DNA of 64,000 nucleotides from Callorhinchus milii (taxonomy: Eukaryota): NCBI RefSeq assembly GCF_018977255.1, contig NW_024704742.1:24182001-24246000 (forward strand), read 5' to 3'. The notes beneath the pieces are model-generated. The model saw only the letters and a program-made list of their open reading frames with translations. It was not told the DNA's origin and made no database searches. The first letter of the stretch is position 1. Each line of letters opens with the position of its first letter. Shown here piece after piece: positions 24,126-36,886 of this stretch. Position numbers and translations under genes: made by a program.

Positions 24126-25835
24126 GTGAAGCAGCAGGGAGGGCGGGGGGGACCCCCACATGTAACACTAAGCATGCAGGTCCTCGATGACACCCAAACG
24201 CCTCAAAACTCTTCGTTGGTAAATCGCTGCCAAGTGTCCTGATTGTATTTACAATCACAACAATGCTTGCGCCTCGCACGTCCAATGTGTACAAATGCAC
24301 CCCAGGAGATTCCTGTCAATTGCCAGCCACCTGGCGTCCGACAATCTGTCCTCTCACTCTGCTGAAGGTAGATGCCCACCAGGTAGCTGATGAGGAAACT
24401 CTGAGGCTTGGGGCTGCGGGAGTCCGGGTTTGTGAACACACGTTCGTCCATCCAACACTTGGAATCCACCTTGAATGGTCTGCAGAGAGGTTAGCAGCTG
24501 CTGCTTAAACGCTGCACCTCCAATTGGTGGGACCATCATATTTCATGCTGACCTGTGTTGCCCACCAAGAAGCTCACAGGGAGTTCCTTGTACCCACTAG
24601 CCTAGTGAGGGCTCCAATCCGCGCTTGTCGGATGTCAAATAATGAACTTGTGACCATCCTCTTTGGGGGGAAGGTAAGTGGAGTCTTTGTGAAGCTGAAC
24701 TGTCTCCAAGATGACATGTTTGACAACGGAATGTCGTAATCCAGCAAGCCCTGTGCGGTGGCCTCAGTCATCCGGTTCCTGAGGCAGATGAGTCTGTAAT
24801 ATTCCAGGACACTGCTGGCAGCAGCACAGCCAGCCTGGCTCCTTGGCAGGAGTTGGAGGGGCAGACCAGGCAATGGGGGAAGGGAAATCTCCGTCACAGC
24901 TCCAGTTAACACTGCAAGCCAAAGTCCTAACAGGTAGGGCAGTCCCAGCTGGACAAGCAGGGGGAAAGCTTTCCAGTGCTATTGATGGCAAGCTATGCGG
25001 GTTTCGCTGTACCCCAACACAAATGCTGGGATCCTCAAGCCTTGGCTCTTGCCAAACTGCATCTAAAGCTTTCTGTATTTAGGTAAGCAGGAATGGGACC
25101 CTCTAGGGAGAAAGTTCTAATTCCATTCCAACAATCTATCCCGAAATGGTTTGAAAAATATACCAGGAAGAATGCTTGAGGCAAGGACTCTGGATTTAAG
25201 AAACAGCATGATGCTGTAATTGGCAGTCAGCTACTATCCTGGATAAATTGGACTAAATGAAGAAAGGTTTTCTTCATCCAAGTCACCCATCTCAACGTGA
25301 AATAAATCTGCATTCTTCAATAATAAATCTGCAGGTGATGAGAATAAGAATCATTTCTGCGAGTAGGAATTTGGGAGGTATACAAGATTTGTTGCACCCG
25401 GAGCAATTGTATACCGGGAAAATCCTGCCAGAAAGGAATCGGAGTAATAAACAGTATTCCAGATCTCAGTTATGGATTTGGTGAAGTTGTTATTTGCAGC
25501 AATGCTAAACCCAGGTGAGGCAATGTTGGATGACACTATAGACAAACTAGAACATTGCCAGTTACATTTTTAACTCTTTGATGATGTGTGACGTGAATGA
25601 AAAATCTCAAGAGTGCACAATATCAATGAATATTTTGCTGGTCACTGAGATGCATTCGATCAGATGTTGGGGCATTATAATCTAACTTTGCCCGGGAGGA
25701 AAATTCCTCAACCTGACCAGGGTTGGGCTTCAAATAACGAATTGATTATAACAATAACTTGCACTTATATAGCAGCCTTCACTGAGGGGAATGTGTTGAG
25801 GAGCACTCAAGTGGTATAGAAGGGGTAATTGATGA

Positions 25836-25990
25836 GGCAGCCAGTGGGAGGGGGCGGGGCAGCCAGTGGGAGGGGGCGGGGCAGCCAGTGGGAGGGGGCG
25901 GGCAGCCAGTGGGAGGGGGCGGGGCAGCCAGTCGGAGGGCGGGGCAGCCAGTGGGAGGGGGCGGGGCGAAGCAGGGAGGGGGCGGGGCCG
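25836..25990 (+). repeat. ~22-bp GC-box minisatellite (about 7 copies)
   Basis: Unit GGCAGCCAGTGGGAGGGGGCGG(G), each carrying a GGGCGG Sp/KLF site. Confidence 0.9.
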
Positions 25991-26039
25991 GATTGGCTGT
26001 CCGGGCGGAGACCGGATGTTGTTGTCCGCGCGGCACTCA

Positions 26040-26133
26040 CTTCCGGGAGCGGATCAATGAGGCCGCGGTTGGCAGCTTCAACGGCAGGAAATCAACGGCG
26101 CCGCGCGTGCGGCGGTCAGGCACCGAGCGGCAG
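26040..26133 (+). other. ARFIP1: Probable non-coding exon 1 of ARFIP1 (start approximate)
   Basis: Donor CAG|GTACCG at 26133/26134 just downstream of the ETS/CCAAT core; ARFIP1 start codon lies in a later exon. Confidence 0.5.
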
Positions 26134-26849
26134 GTACCGCGAGGGAGAGCGCGGCGGCGGCGCGGGGGGGAGGGGCGGAGGAAGGGTCGGGTCGGGTTCC
26201 TGGGGTGGACCCCGACCATCCAACACTCGCTGCGCCACAGGAATGCTCACGAATCCCGGTGCCAAAGAGGCCGAGGCGGGAGCGGCTGCGGGGCCCGAGC
26301 CCGGGAGGAGGCCGGACCCCCCCCCCCCCTCCCCGGGGACAGCCGAGCGAGCCCAGGCCCACACCGGACTCCTCCACCCCCGCCGGAGCCGCGCTCCTCC
26401 CTCCCCCCCTCTCTCTGTGCCGGGGCCCGGCGCTCCCTCCCTCCCGAGGCCTGTCGACGTGTCCGGCGTCCACCAGGATCTGCGGGCGGCGGCTCCCGGG
26501 CAGACAGACGTCAGTCAGAGGCGCCGCTGCCGCCCTCGAACACGCCCCTCACCCCCCTCCCCCCCCGGCCCGCGATTACAGCTGTTTTATGTATGTTTGG
26601 TGCCTCTCCCCCTCCCCCTCCCCCCTCCCCCTCCCTCTCCCTCCCTCTCCCTCTCCTCGCCCTCTCCCCCCCTCTCCCCTCCCTCTCCCCGACAGATGTT
26701 TTCCCCAATTTATTTATGCGTTAAGTGAGGTCCGAGTGGTGGCATCGCCCACACAGTGTCTGTCTGACGCCCTTTCTCAGACCCTATTGGTACATTCCTC
26801 TGCAAAATCCGGCTCTACTGTACTTAAAATGCTGTTGTTGCTCAGGGCG

Positions 26850-27557
26850 CCCCCACCCCCACCTGCCTCCCTCCCCCCTCCTCCACCCCCCCCCCCTCCC
26901 ACCCCCCTCCCTCCCTCCACCCTCCCTCCCTCCCTCCACACCCCCACCCTCCCTCCCTCCACACCCCCACCCTCCCCTCCACACCCCCCCCCTCCCTCCA
27001 CCCCCCCCCCTCCCTCCCACCCTCCCTCCCTCCACACCCCACCCTCCCTCCCCCACACCCCCCTCCTCCCTCCCCCCCCACCCCCCTCCCTCCACACCCC
27101 CACCCTCCTCCCTCCACACCCCCCTCCCTCCACACCCCCACCCTCCCACCCTCCCTCCCTCCACACCCCCTCCCTCCCTCCCCCACACCCCACCCTCCCT
27201 CCCCCACACCCTCCCTCCCTCCCTCCACACCCCCCCCCTCCCTCCACACCCCCACCCTCCCTCCCTCCACACCCCCACCCTCCCTCCCTCCACACCCCCA
27301 CCCTCCCTCCCTCCACACCCCCCTCCCTCCCTCCACACCCCCACCCTCCCTCCCTCCACACCCCCACCCCTCCCTCCACACCCCCACCCTCCCACCCTCC
27401 ACACCCCACCCTCCCTCCCTCCACACCCTCCCTCCCTCCCTCCACACCCCCACCCTCCCACCCTCCCCCCCCCTCCCTCCCCTCCACACCCCCTCCCACC
27501 CTCCACACCCCCACCCTCCCCCCTCCACACCCTCCACCCCCCCCCCCCCCACCCTCC
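26850..27557. repeat. C-rich low-complexity minisatellite (~700 bp)
   Basis: Degenerate unit CCCTCCCTCCACACCCCCACCCT; almost no G on the + strand. Confidence 0.92.
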
Positions 27558-28511
27558 AATACCCAAAGGAGCAAACAGCCCAGATTGTAGATCTCGAGAT
27601 TATTTTTAAAATTGAGTGATTTTTGGAGTTGAAATTTTCATTTTTTTAAAAAAATGGCATCAATCGCAAGAAATGGTTGGCAGGTCTGCTTTGCCATCCT
27701 GCGTTCAGATCCTTGCAGGTGACCCGTGCACTTATTCTGACGGATGAAGCAGGATATTGCCGTGTTTATTTGTGCTGTGTGGTCCACACTTGCGCTCCCT
27801 TGCTTTTGTGTGTGTGTGTGTGTGTTGGCCTTGCTGTTACATCCAATGCAATTTTTTTGACCTAAACCACTATTTTAAGAACCAATCTGAGGGTGAGATT
27901 GCAATCGATCTGAAGATGGCACACATAGATTCCACTGTGCGCGCAAGAGAGGTGCAAGGGGAACATGTTTAAACCAACTGCGAAGTGACAATGCACTTTA
28001 ATTTTAAAGTTGGCCTTAATATTGAGCCCTGCTTAAAAGTAAATATGCTGTGTTTTAACATTAATTGGACTTCTTTTGTTGAGAACAACCTACTAATTCT
28101 GCTCAAATTGTTTAACTGAATTCCACAAATCTGATCATATGTTAGAGGTCACTTCCTTTGTTTGCAATGAGATATTTGAAAGGACTTCCTCAATCTCCAA
28201 ACTGTGTACAGAACTTGGAGACCTCGTGATATACAAATCGGATCCATTGAGCATAACTGAGTTTACAGTAAGTTGAGTTGGAGTCCATAATTGTGCTAGG
28301 AATTATTAATTTGTGTGCTGAAACCTGGATGTTGGTACCAGCCTGTGCATAGAAATAATATTTAGTATCATGGATGTCCAAATACTTACCCGCTGGCAAA
28401 GTTCAAAATTAATCCTCGAAGCCAATTGACTACAAACCTGGCAGCAATGTTGTATGCAACACTAAGTTGGCACTAGGATTTAAATGTAGTGTATGTCAAG
28501 TTCCTGCACAA

Positions 28512-28682
28512 ATAATAATAATCCTTGCATTTGATGTAGCGCTTTTCACGTCTTCTAGACATCTCAAAGCGCTTCACAGAATATGTTGTAAAGTGAATTG
28601 ACTGTATATTTGTGGGCGAAACATGGCAGCCAATTGCGCACAACAGTCGTGGATTGAAAATGACCAATTTATTATTTTTTTG
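28512..28682 (-). mobile_element. SINE 3' half
   Basis: Homologous to family body and tail, (TTA)n end. Confidence 0.8.
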
Positions 28683-30050
28683 TTTTATGCAGTGCAAGCT
28701 TTATTTTCTTGAAATTCAGTGAAGTGTAATGATAGCTTGTGACTTTTTCGTATACAACGCCTACTTGAGCTGTGAAACATAAAGGACAATTCTAGGTTTT
28801 GTTCTTCTGAACAAACCAACTTTGGTCAGAACATTTTGAGGTCTGTAACTGTTAAACTTGTTGCTGGTGACAGAGGTGGAAGAGGTTTTGTGGCTGAGGG
28901 AATGGAGTGAAAATGCTTATTGAGCAGTGATCTCAGTCCTCCTGACATGAAAGGCGCTATGTAAATGTAATTTTGTTGTTGTTGATCTAAAAAGTAATTT
29001 GGGGATCTAACTTCAGCACTGTCATTGGGTTTGTTAACTGTTGAGCCTTATAACGATGTCTTCCAATTATAGTAGCTATCTATACAGTTTTCAACCATTA
29101 ATTGGCATTCTTCCAAGCAAACTCCCCAATGAAGGTGTTGTGAAATTTTTATACACATTGCACATTACTTTTGTCTTTTTACTTTCCTTATTTGTTTTAG
29201 GAAACTCCAGGATTATCTTGTTTTAGTTTCTGTTCATCCAGCTTTGATAATCGCAATAATCAACTCAATATAATATTTTGCAAATAAAAATAAATGCCTG
29301 TTGATTATATCAATGAATATTTTTGGAATTGTAGATTGAAGAAGCATTCAAAAAGAAAACTTAAATTGACCAATGTATTTTAAAGTCTGGTTGGTATTAT
29401 GTAACTAGTATTGGTATGTTTGGATATTTGACTAGGTGCCTGAATTACATTTTAAATTTCTTCATGTAAGCCCCTCAAGCTAAATTTGCTGGGTTGTGAT
29501 CTAACTAAAGTGTTTTTTTTTGAACAGCGGGTAGTTTGTTTTTGGAGTTTAGTTTTAAGTTTAATTTGCTTTTGGCTACTCCAATAACTGAGTACTAAAA
29601 TGCACTGATGTATTTTTGCTAGTTGTATCGCTGTACTCATCAATGATATATTTAGTATTGAGGACAACATACTTGGTGTGTGTTGCCACATTTTTGACAG
29701 AATTATGGTGTTTATGCACATAATATTATGCTATAATTATATTGGCAGACTCATCTGGGGAATACATGTGCTGCACTCACCATCTTGCACAAATATCCAA
29801 GTGACCACTCAGTAGAACATGATGGTGGGTGCTCCCAAGTACAGTATTATGTCTCTTCAGGGCCCGAGAGGGGACCTTGAAAGTATTGACTGTAAGATAC
29901 TAGGGATGTCTATCCCAACTGCTAATTCATATGTATCTGGCGGGTATGATTGCCACCAACTTTTGCTTGGACACTGTCCTTTGGGATTGTGCTGAGAAAG
30001 GGTAAAGGGAAGTCCAGTCATTTTTGTCTCCCTTCAATGACCGTGAGTTC

Positions 30051-31348
30051 AACAACAACAACAAGGTTACATTTGTATAGTGACTTTCACGTCAGGAGGA
30101 TGTCCCAAGGATCTGGACAGAGTACAGCATTTCACACCAGAGTTGGGGTTGGTGGGGGAAGGGAAGTGAGGGAAGGGGGGTTGCCAATGGCATGGTCGAA
30201 GAGGAGGGTTTTGAGGCGGGACTTGAAGGAGGCTAAGGAGGGGGCGAGGCGGAGTGACTGGGTGATGGAATTCCAGTGGTTGGGGGCAGAGTGGCTGAAG
30301 GCTCTCCCGCCAATGGTGGGGCGGGTGGGTCGGGCGGAGCGGAGGGAATGGGCAGGTTGGTAGGAGGTCGCAGAGGTAGAGTGGTGCGAGGCTATGGAGG
30401 GCTTTGTATGTGAGGACCAGGATCTTGAACTGGATCCTCTGAAGGATAGGGAGCCAATGGAGTCGGGGGAGAATGGGGGAGATGGGGTCACGGAGTTTGA
30501 TGCGGGAGAGGACACGGGCTGCAGAGTTCTGGATTATCTGCAGCCTGTGGAGGGGGGAGTTGGGATGGACGACAAGCAGTTGCGATTTGCAGAGTCGAGC
30601 CTGGAGGTGACGAAGGCATGAACAAGAGTTTCAGTGGCCTGAGGGGTGAGGTAGTGGCGAAGTCAGGCGATGTTACGGAGGTGAGGGAAGGCAGAGCGAG
30701 TCATGGCTTGAATGTGGGGGAGAAAAGACAGTTGAGGGTCGAACAAAATGCCTAGGTTCCTGGCTGGCTTGGTGAGTTGTAGTGTGCAACCATGGAGGTT
30801 GATGCTGCCAGAGCCTGAGGTGCAGAGACGCTGGCGCGAGCCAATCAGGAGGGCCTCAGTCTTGTTCACATTCAACTGTAGGAAATTTGTCCTCATCCAG
30901 GACTTGATGTCCGACAGGCAGTCTGTCAGGACAGCAGTTGAGGCAGAAAGATAGAGTTGGGTGTCATCTGCATACATGTGGGAGTTGACCCCATGTCTGC
31001 GGATGATGTCACCAAGGGGGAGCATGTAGATATTAAAGAGGAGAGGGCCAAGGACAGAGCCCTGGGAGACACCAGATGTGACAGTGTGGGGGCTGGAGGA
31101 GAAACCGTTAGAGGCAACAAAGTGGAGACGGTGAGAGAGATAGGAATCGAACCAGGCAAGAGCAGGTCCGTGAAGATTGAGTAAAGCGAAGAGGCGGTGT
31201 ATGAGGATGGAGTGGTCGACAGTGTCGAAGGCGGCAGAGAGGTCGAGGAGGACAAGGAGGCAGAGGGAGCCCTGATCACAGATGTTCAGAATATCATTAG
31301 TGACTTTGACCAGGGCTGGTTCTGTGCTGTGGGCAGCGCGGAAGCCGG
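30051..31348 (-). mobile_element. L2 LINE, 5'-truncated RT region
   Basis: ORF 30663-31361: [48 protein letters not shown]; (TTG)n tail at ~30051. Confidence 0.92.
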
Positions 31349-31441
31349 ATACAAGTTCCAATACAAGTTAAACATGTGGCCTATAAGATGTTGTCCAAAT
31401 AGTGGTTCTTCACTATTTCAAGCTCCTGGGCCATAGAATTT

Positions 31442-31760
31442 ATAATAATAATAATAATCCTTGCATTTGATATAGCGCTTTTCACATCTTCCAGACGTCT
31501 CAAAGCGCTTCACAGAATATGCTGTAAAGTGAATTGCCCGTATATTTGTGGGCGAAACGGCAGCAGCCAATTGCACACAGCAATATCCCACAAACAGTCA
31601 TGGATTGAAAATGACCAATTTATTATTGTTTTTTCTTTTGGACGGATTATTATTAGGCGTGTGGAGTAAGGAAACTTGCCCAAGGTTTCGCCCTTTCTGG
31701 AATTGAGCCCAGGTGTCTTGCTTGCAAGGCGAGTGCTCTAACCACTGAGCTGTAGGACTC
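31442..31760 (-). mobile_element. Full-length tRNA-derived SINE
   Basis: GAGTCCTACAGCTCAGTGGTTAGAGCAC head to (TTA)n tail. Confidence 0.9.
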
Positions 31761-33968
31761 AGTGATTGAAATCAAAGGAGCGATGAGTACGTTTAGTATG
31801 GGTTGTGGGCCAGTGCCTTTACCTTCTAACTCATTGTATTTTATTAAACCTATAAAAATATAGCAATGGTACTTTATTGCAACAGATCACAGAATAAATC
31901 AAACTTGTCTAAAATGGCTTTGCAGACAGACTGGATTTTAAAAAAACTTTGCTGGCTGGGCTTTTATGCCAGATTTTTTTTTAGTGGTTATTCAATAACT
32001 TTCCATGAAAAATGTAGTGCAACAGTTTAAGTTACTGGTGGTTTGATTTCAAGCTTTGTCTCGATTAAAAATGAATGCCTTAACTGATGTATAAATCTAA
32101 TTTTACTGTACCAATTCCTAAGTACTTTTTCTCCTATGTGTCAAATGGATTAGCTGTAAGGCGTTTAATGTTAGAGAGATGGGCTAGGGTCAATCCTGTC
32201 AAGTGCTTTGACATGTTTGATAGTGCTGTATGAGATGCAATGATTATTATTGTTTTAATCTGTGCATTTATTTTTTACTGTTTAGCTTTACTGACACATT
32301 GATGTGGAGGATAGAATTTGGAGACAGCAGCAACGGTATATTTAAACACTAGATTTGTCAATTAAGTTGGACAGTGTTCCTCCAATAAAACATGTTTTCC
32401 AGCCATTTAGGGTTGTGCAAGTTGAGTCCAAATGTCAGCCACGACTTATGTGTGGGAGTCCAGTATCTGCCAAAAGGTCTTCCTTTAAATATCTGAAGGC
32501 TTATCTGTTGATTGAACAGCTTTGATATTGGAAAATAAGTGGGAAGTAATCTGTAGGATAGAATGTACCGCGTGCATGTTAGTCTGTGTCATGTTTATAA
32601 ACTTGTAAAATGCAACATTTATTGAATCCGTGTCAGAATGGCTCTTTTAACTTACTCATAGTAGCTTAAGTCAACCACAATAACTTTAATGAAAACACGG
32701 TCTTATTTTACAGGCGTTCTTTGTATTAAAATAAATAAAATAGAGATTGCTGAATTCAGCACATCACCAAACAGTGTGCTTCAGCCTCATTTATATAGGG
32801 GAATATAATGGAACAAAACATGAATATCTCAATGATTTGCTGAGATGATGGGGAGGAGAGGCAGGAGTATTTAAGGTGCTGATTAATTAATGTCCAAATA
32901 TTGTTTTTGTATGCGGGGAGAGATTAAAAGGGTCTTATGAGTTCATAATAATTGAAAGTGTGGTACTCGGTGGTGAGAAGGAGGGAGTAAGGAATGAGCT
33001 GAAGACTGGAATTGAAGGAGTGCAGGATACAGGTATACAACTGAATTTTCGTAAAATGCACTGAAGTATAAAAGCTGGTTAGTGAATCAACCTTATTGGT
33101 TTGTTTACTCTGATCTCAACAGTCGTGTGTGTCTTGGGGCTACTAATTGCAATCTGGTGGAAAATTACAACATGAGTGAGAGAGGGTTAAAAGGCCAGCA
33201 GTGCACTCTTCCAAACTAAGTGAATGAGATTTGTAATTACTATGATTTAAAAAGATACCACAGTCTTTATGGGTCAGAGAACAGAAGTAATTTGTGTTAC
33301 TTCAATCCCTTTAGCAAGAATGCCCTGTTTCATTCTGCCAGAGCACCCACAGCTCTGCCAATAAATCCCATTTCCAACAGTTTCAATTTTTCTGTTTTCC
33401 ACACATGTCAGCATTGTGCCCTTCTGAGTGGGATTACCAGTTATTGACAACTTCTTGCAGGCATTCAAAAACTTAGATTCTTATTTATGTAGAAAGCTTG
33501 CAGATATCAGAGAGAAGTAGAAGTTTTTAGCTCATAACTCCACTCTAAATTAGATTTTGAGTTTTGGACCTGAAGTGAGAACACTGCGGACTGTAATTTC
33601 TAACCAACGGTTGAGCTAAGCATATTTTAAAACGCCTGATATGTGGGGTGTGTAGAGAACAATAATAATCCTTGCATTTGATACAGAGCCTTTCCTATCA
33701 GGAGGGCATCGCAAGGCACTATACAGAATTTATTGTAAATAACAAGTTTACATTGATATAGCGCCTTTCATGTCAGGTACACAAGCTGTTGGTGGGAGCC
33801 TGGGGGTGGGGGAGATGTTCAAATCTGCTGTCAAAAGAGGAAGGTCTTGAGGTGGATCGTGAAGTAGGAAAAGAGCATTGTAAGAACTCCTGAATGGAGT
33901 TCTATAGTGAAGTGCTGTGACTGTATTTGGTAGGCAAATGTGACAACAATTTTCCCACAACAGGTCCA

Positions 33969-34667
33969 TGTGATCTGTCCACTTGTACAGTTTGTGGAGC
34001 TGCTATGTTTTTTTAAAAATATATATAATTCGACATATAGAACTTTTCTGTGTTGGAATGATTGTGCATTTATTTAGTTCCTTTCTAAGAGTTAAATCAA
34101 AATTTGAATAGAGTGAAGTGAAATCTGGCTACAATTTAATTCAGGAAAGTGTGTAGTCATTAAGTGAATCATCAATTTTATTTGAGGGACCGTTAACCAC
34201 GACATCAAGGAAAAACTCCTTTCTCTTTGAACAGTGCTATGGGATCTTTCATGTCCACCTGAGCAGGCAGATTGGACCTCAGTTCAAAGTCTCATCCAAA
34301 GGACAGTGTTCCTCCAGTATTGCAATGGAGTGTCCAGACTATGAGCTTGAAGTCCTGATGTAGTGATTGAACCCACAACCTTCTGACTCAGAGAAGGGAG
34401 TGCTATGAGCTTAGCCAGACAGAAGCATAAGAAGATTTGAAGACTAAAGGCATTCCAAGTGATGCCTGATTATTAGCAATGCGTCATTAGGAGAGATCTT
34501 TGTGATCTGTTTACGGTTACAGTTTGTGGAGCTGAGATGATTTTTAAATGTATATAATTCCACATTTAGAAGTTTTCTGTGTTGGAATGTTTGTGCATTT
34601 TCTAGGTTTTAAATCAAAATTTTAATTGAGTGAAGTGAAATCTGGTTACAGTTTAGTTCAGGAAAGT
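33969..34667 (+). repeat. Pair of diverged ~170-180 bp direct repeats (33969-34150, 34501-34667) around a Deu-like SINE remnant
   Basis: Both copies run TGTGATCTGT...TACAGTTTGTGGAGCTG...TTTTCTGTGTTGGAATG...GAGTGAAGTGAAATCTGG...TTCAGGAAAGT; minus-strand Deu-like SINE at ~34195-34420. Confidence 0.85.
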
Positions 34668-36561
34668 TTGAAGAAACCCTGAGGAAAAAACTGGAGACCA
34701 CAGTGGATATTGCAAGGAAATAACTCGATACAATTTTATTGATAGTCCAAGCCTTAAAAAAACAAATTTGTGTTATCTCCTCTGATTTTAACATTGTTAG
34801 ATTGTTATGAAAACTCGTGTTTATACAGTATGTTTCTATATTATTTTCCAAATAGTTTTATGTTCACTTATTGCAGTTCATCGGCAGTCTATATCCAGTC
34901 GTCTTCATTTACTTACATTTTTCATTGTAATAAAAATGAGAGATGTTTTGAGAATATCTTCTGTTGCATTAATAATTGACAATTCCGACTGACAAGACTG
35001 TTAACATGTGTTGCAATAATACCATAATCAGCAAGCATCCCATTTTCATATTTTAATTCTGTGTTATGTAACAGAGTCTGCGCTCCAAGACTTTATAATA
35101 ATTCTTGCATTTGATATAGTGTCTTATCATGCCATTGAGACATCTCAAAGCGCTTCACAGAATATACTGTAAAGTGAATTGACTATATATTTTGTGTTAT
35201 CTCTAGTATTCTGCACGGTTGACTATTCAGGAGTACAGGATAAACCAATACTGGAATAAGTGAGTACCACTGAAGGTGCTAATGCTGTAGCAGATAGGAG
35301 TCGAACCTGTTTCCTTACAGTTTATGGTCAACAAGGTTGGAGTTTTTTAAAAAAAAGACAATAGTTGGAGACTCAGTTTGTGTGCAGACAATGATCTTGT
35401 TCACCAAATGTTTGGATAGAAAAAAATAGACCAAGAGCACAGAATGGAACAAACTATTGATGGGCGGACAGCAGCACATCCTGGAACTTCCAAGGCGACA
35501 TATCCTGTGAATGGAAACAAAACCTGTTCCAGTTGAACAACAATGGGATATAAAGATTATATTTCTTAAGCGTGCCACTGACATTGAAAATAAATTATAA
35601 AAATGAGACACTTAGAGCCCTCTCAAATGTCTGTGAATGCTGAGAAGCAGAGAGCCAGTGGATTACCTGAGGCACTGTGCTGAAAGCACCAGCCTGCACA
35701 GCAATTTGATTATTGTGGTAAGAATTCTTCAGTAAACATTTTTTTAAAAAAGCAGTCCATAACCTTTGAATCTTCCTAACAACTCTACTGTTCAATGCAG
35801 TCAACCGGTTCACATCTAAAGATTTGGAAACCCATTTCATTGATTACTGGAACATGGTGCAACCAAAAAAAGGGCTTATAATGTTATTTGTGGAAAACAG
35901 AAAAACTCTTGACCTTTCTTAAATTGGAGAAAAAAANGAGAGTAGCTGGCTTGGAAAAAAGGGATTGAAACAGCCTGTAAGGGCTGCTGACTAATGTCTT
36001 CAATTGTCTTGGCTCAGTTAATAACACTCGCGCCTCTGGGTTCAAAGCTCCAAATTAAGCCTTTGAGCTTCAGAGACGAGACCCACATTCTAATGCAGTA
36101 TTAGAAGAGCGCTGCATGGTGAGAGGTGCTGTCTTTCAGGTGAAATGTTATACTCCAATCCTGTCTACCTGTTTATGACACTGTTCCTGCCTTTGCCGTT
36201 TGTTGTATGCAGATTGCTTGATATTTTGGCTACTAATCTACAGTCACTATGCTCAACAGCAGTTATCTGCCATGTGATTTACATAATTTTGATGTTATAG
36301 ATGCTATGTCAAATCCAAGAATTATATTGCATAATTCATATTTCATAACATTGATGCTAGATATGTTGAAAATAGCCATTGACCCATGATGTGGATATAT
36401 TTTTCACACTGCAGCATTGCAAAACACAAAAGACTGGTTTCCAGAAAGCAAATTTTTCAGCACATTAGGGGAAAATGATAGCAAAAGGTAGAAATGAATA
36501 TTGATAAGGTATCTAACCCAATAGAATATATTAAATGCTAAATACTGAATCAAATGAGGGT

Positions 36562-36886
36562 AATAATAATAATAATAATCCTTGCATTTGATATAGCGCT
36601 TTTCACGTCGGGAGGACGTTCCAAAGCGCTTCACAGAACACACTGTAAAGTGAATTGACTGTATATTTGTGGGCGAATGCGGCAGCCAATTGCGCACAGC
36701 AATGTCCCACAAACAGTCGTAGATTGAAAATGACCAATTTTATTATTGTTTTTTGTTTTGGAGGGATTATTATTAGGCTCTGTGTGGAGTAAGGAAACTT
36801 GCCCAAGGTTTCGCCCTCTGCCTGGAATTGAACTCAGGTCTCTCACTTGCAAAGCGAGTGCTCTAACCACTGAGCTACAGGACTCC
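36562..36886 (-). mobile_element. Full-length young tRNA-derived SINE
   Basis: Nearly identical to 21965-22286. Confidence 0.92.

Larger units (their letters stand above)
25830..26720 (+). promoter_or_regulatory. ARFIP1: CpG island; probable ARFIP1 promoter
   Basis: High GC and CpG density against an AT-rich background; GC boxes, GATTGG (~25991), ETS motifs CCGGATGT and CACTTCCGG (26038-26046); the only such island upstream of the ARFIP1 coding exons. Confidence 0.75.

Noticed and set aside
1..25800. Intact TIGD4 or TMEM154 expected from human synteny
   Set aside because: No ORF with CENP-B HTH/DDE motifs and no recognisable TMEM154 peptide found by eye
25779..26728. 299-aa and 278-aa ORFs over the CpG island
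   Set aside because: GC-rich promoter sequence lacks stops; low-complexity translation with no recognisable domain
26205..27609. Long Pro-rich and Gly-rich ORFs (up to 461 aa) on both strands
   Set aside because: By-product of the stop-free C-rich minisatellite; open in nearly all frames
29201..29300. Acceptor-like TTATTTGTTTTAG|GAAAC in the ARFIP1 intron
   Set aside because: No good nearby donor or reading frame
35937..35937. Single ambiguous base (n)
   Set aside because: Assembly ambiguity after an A-run, not biology
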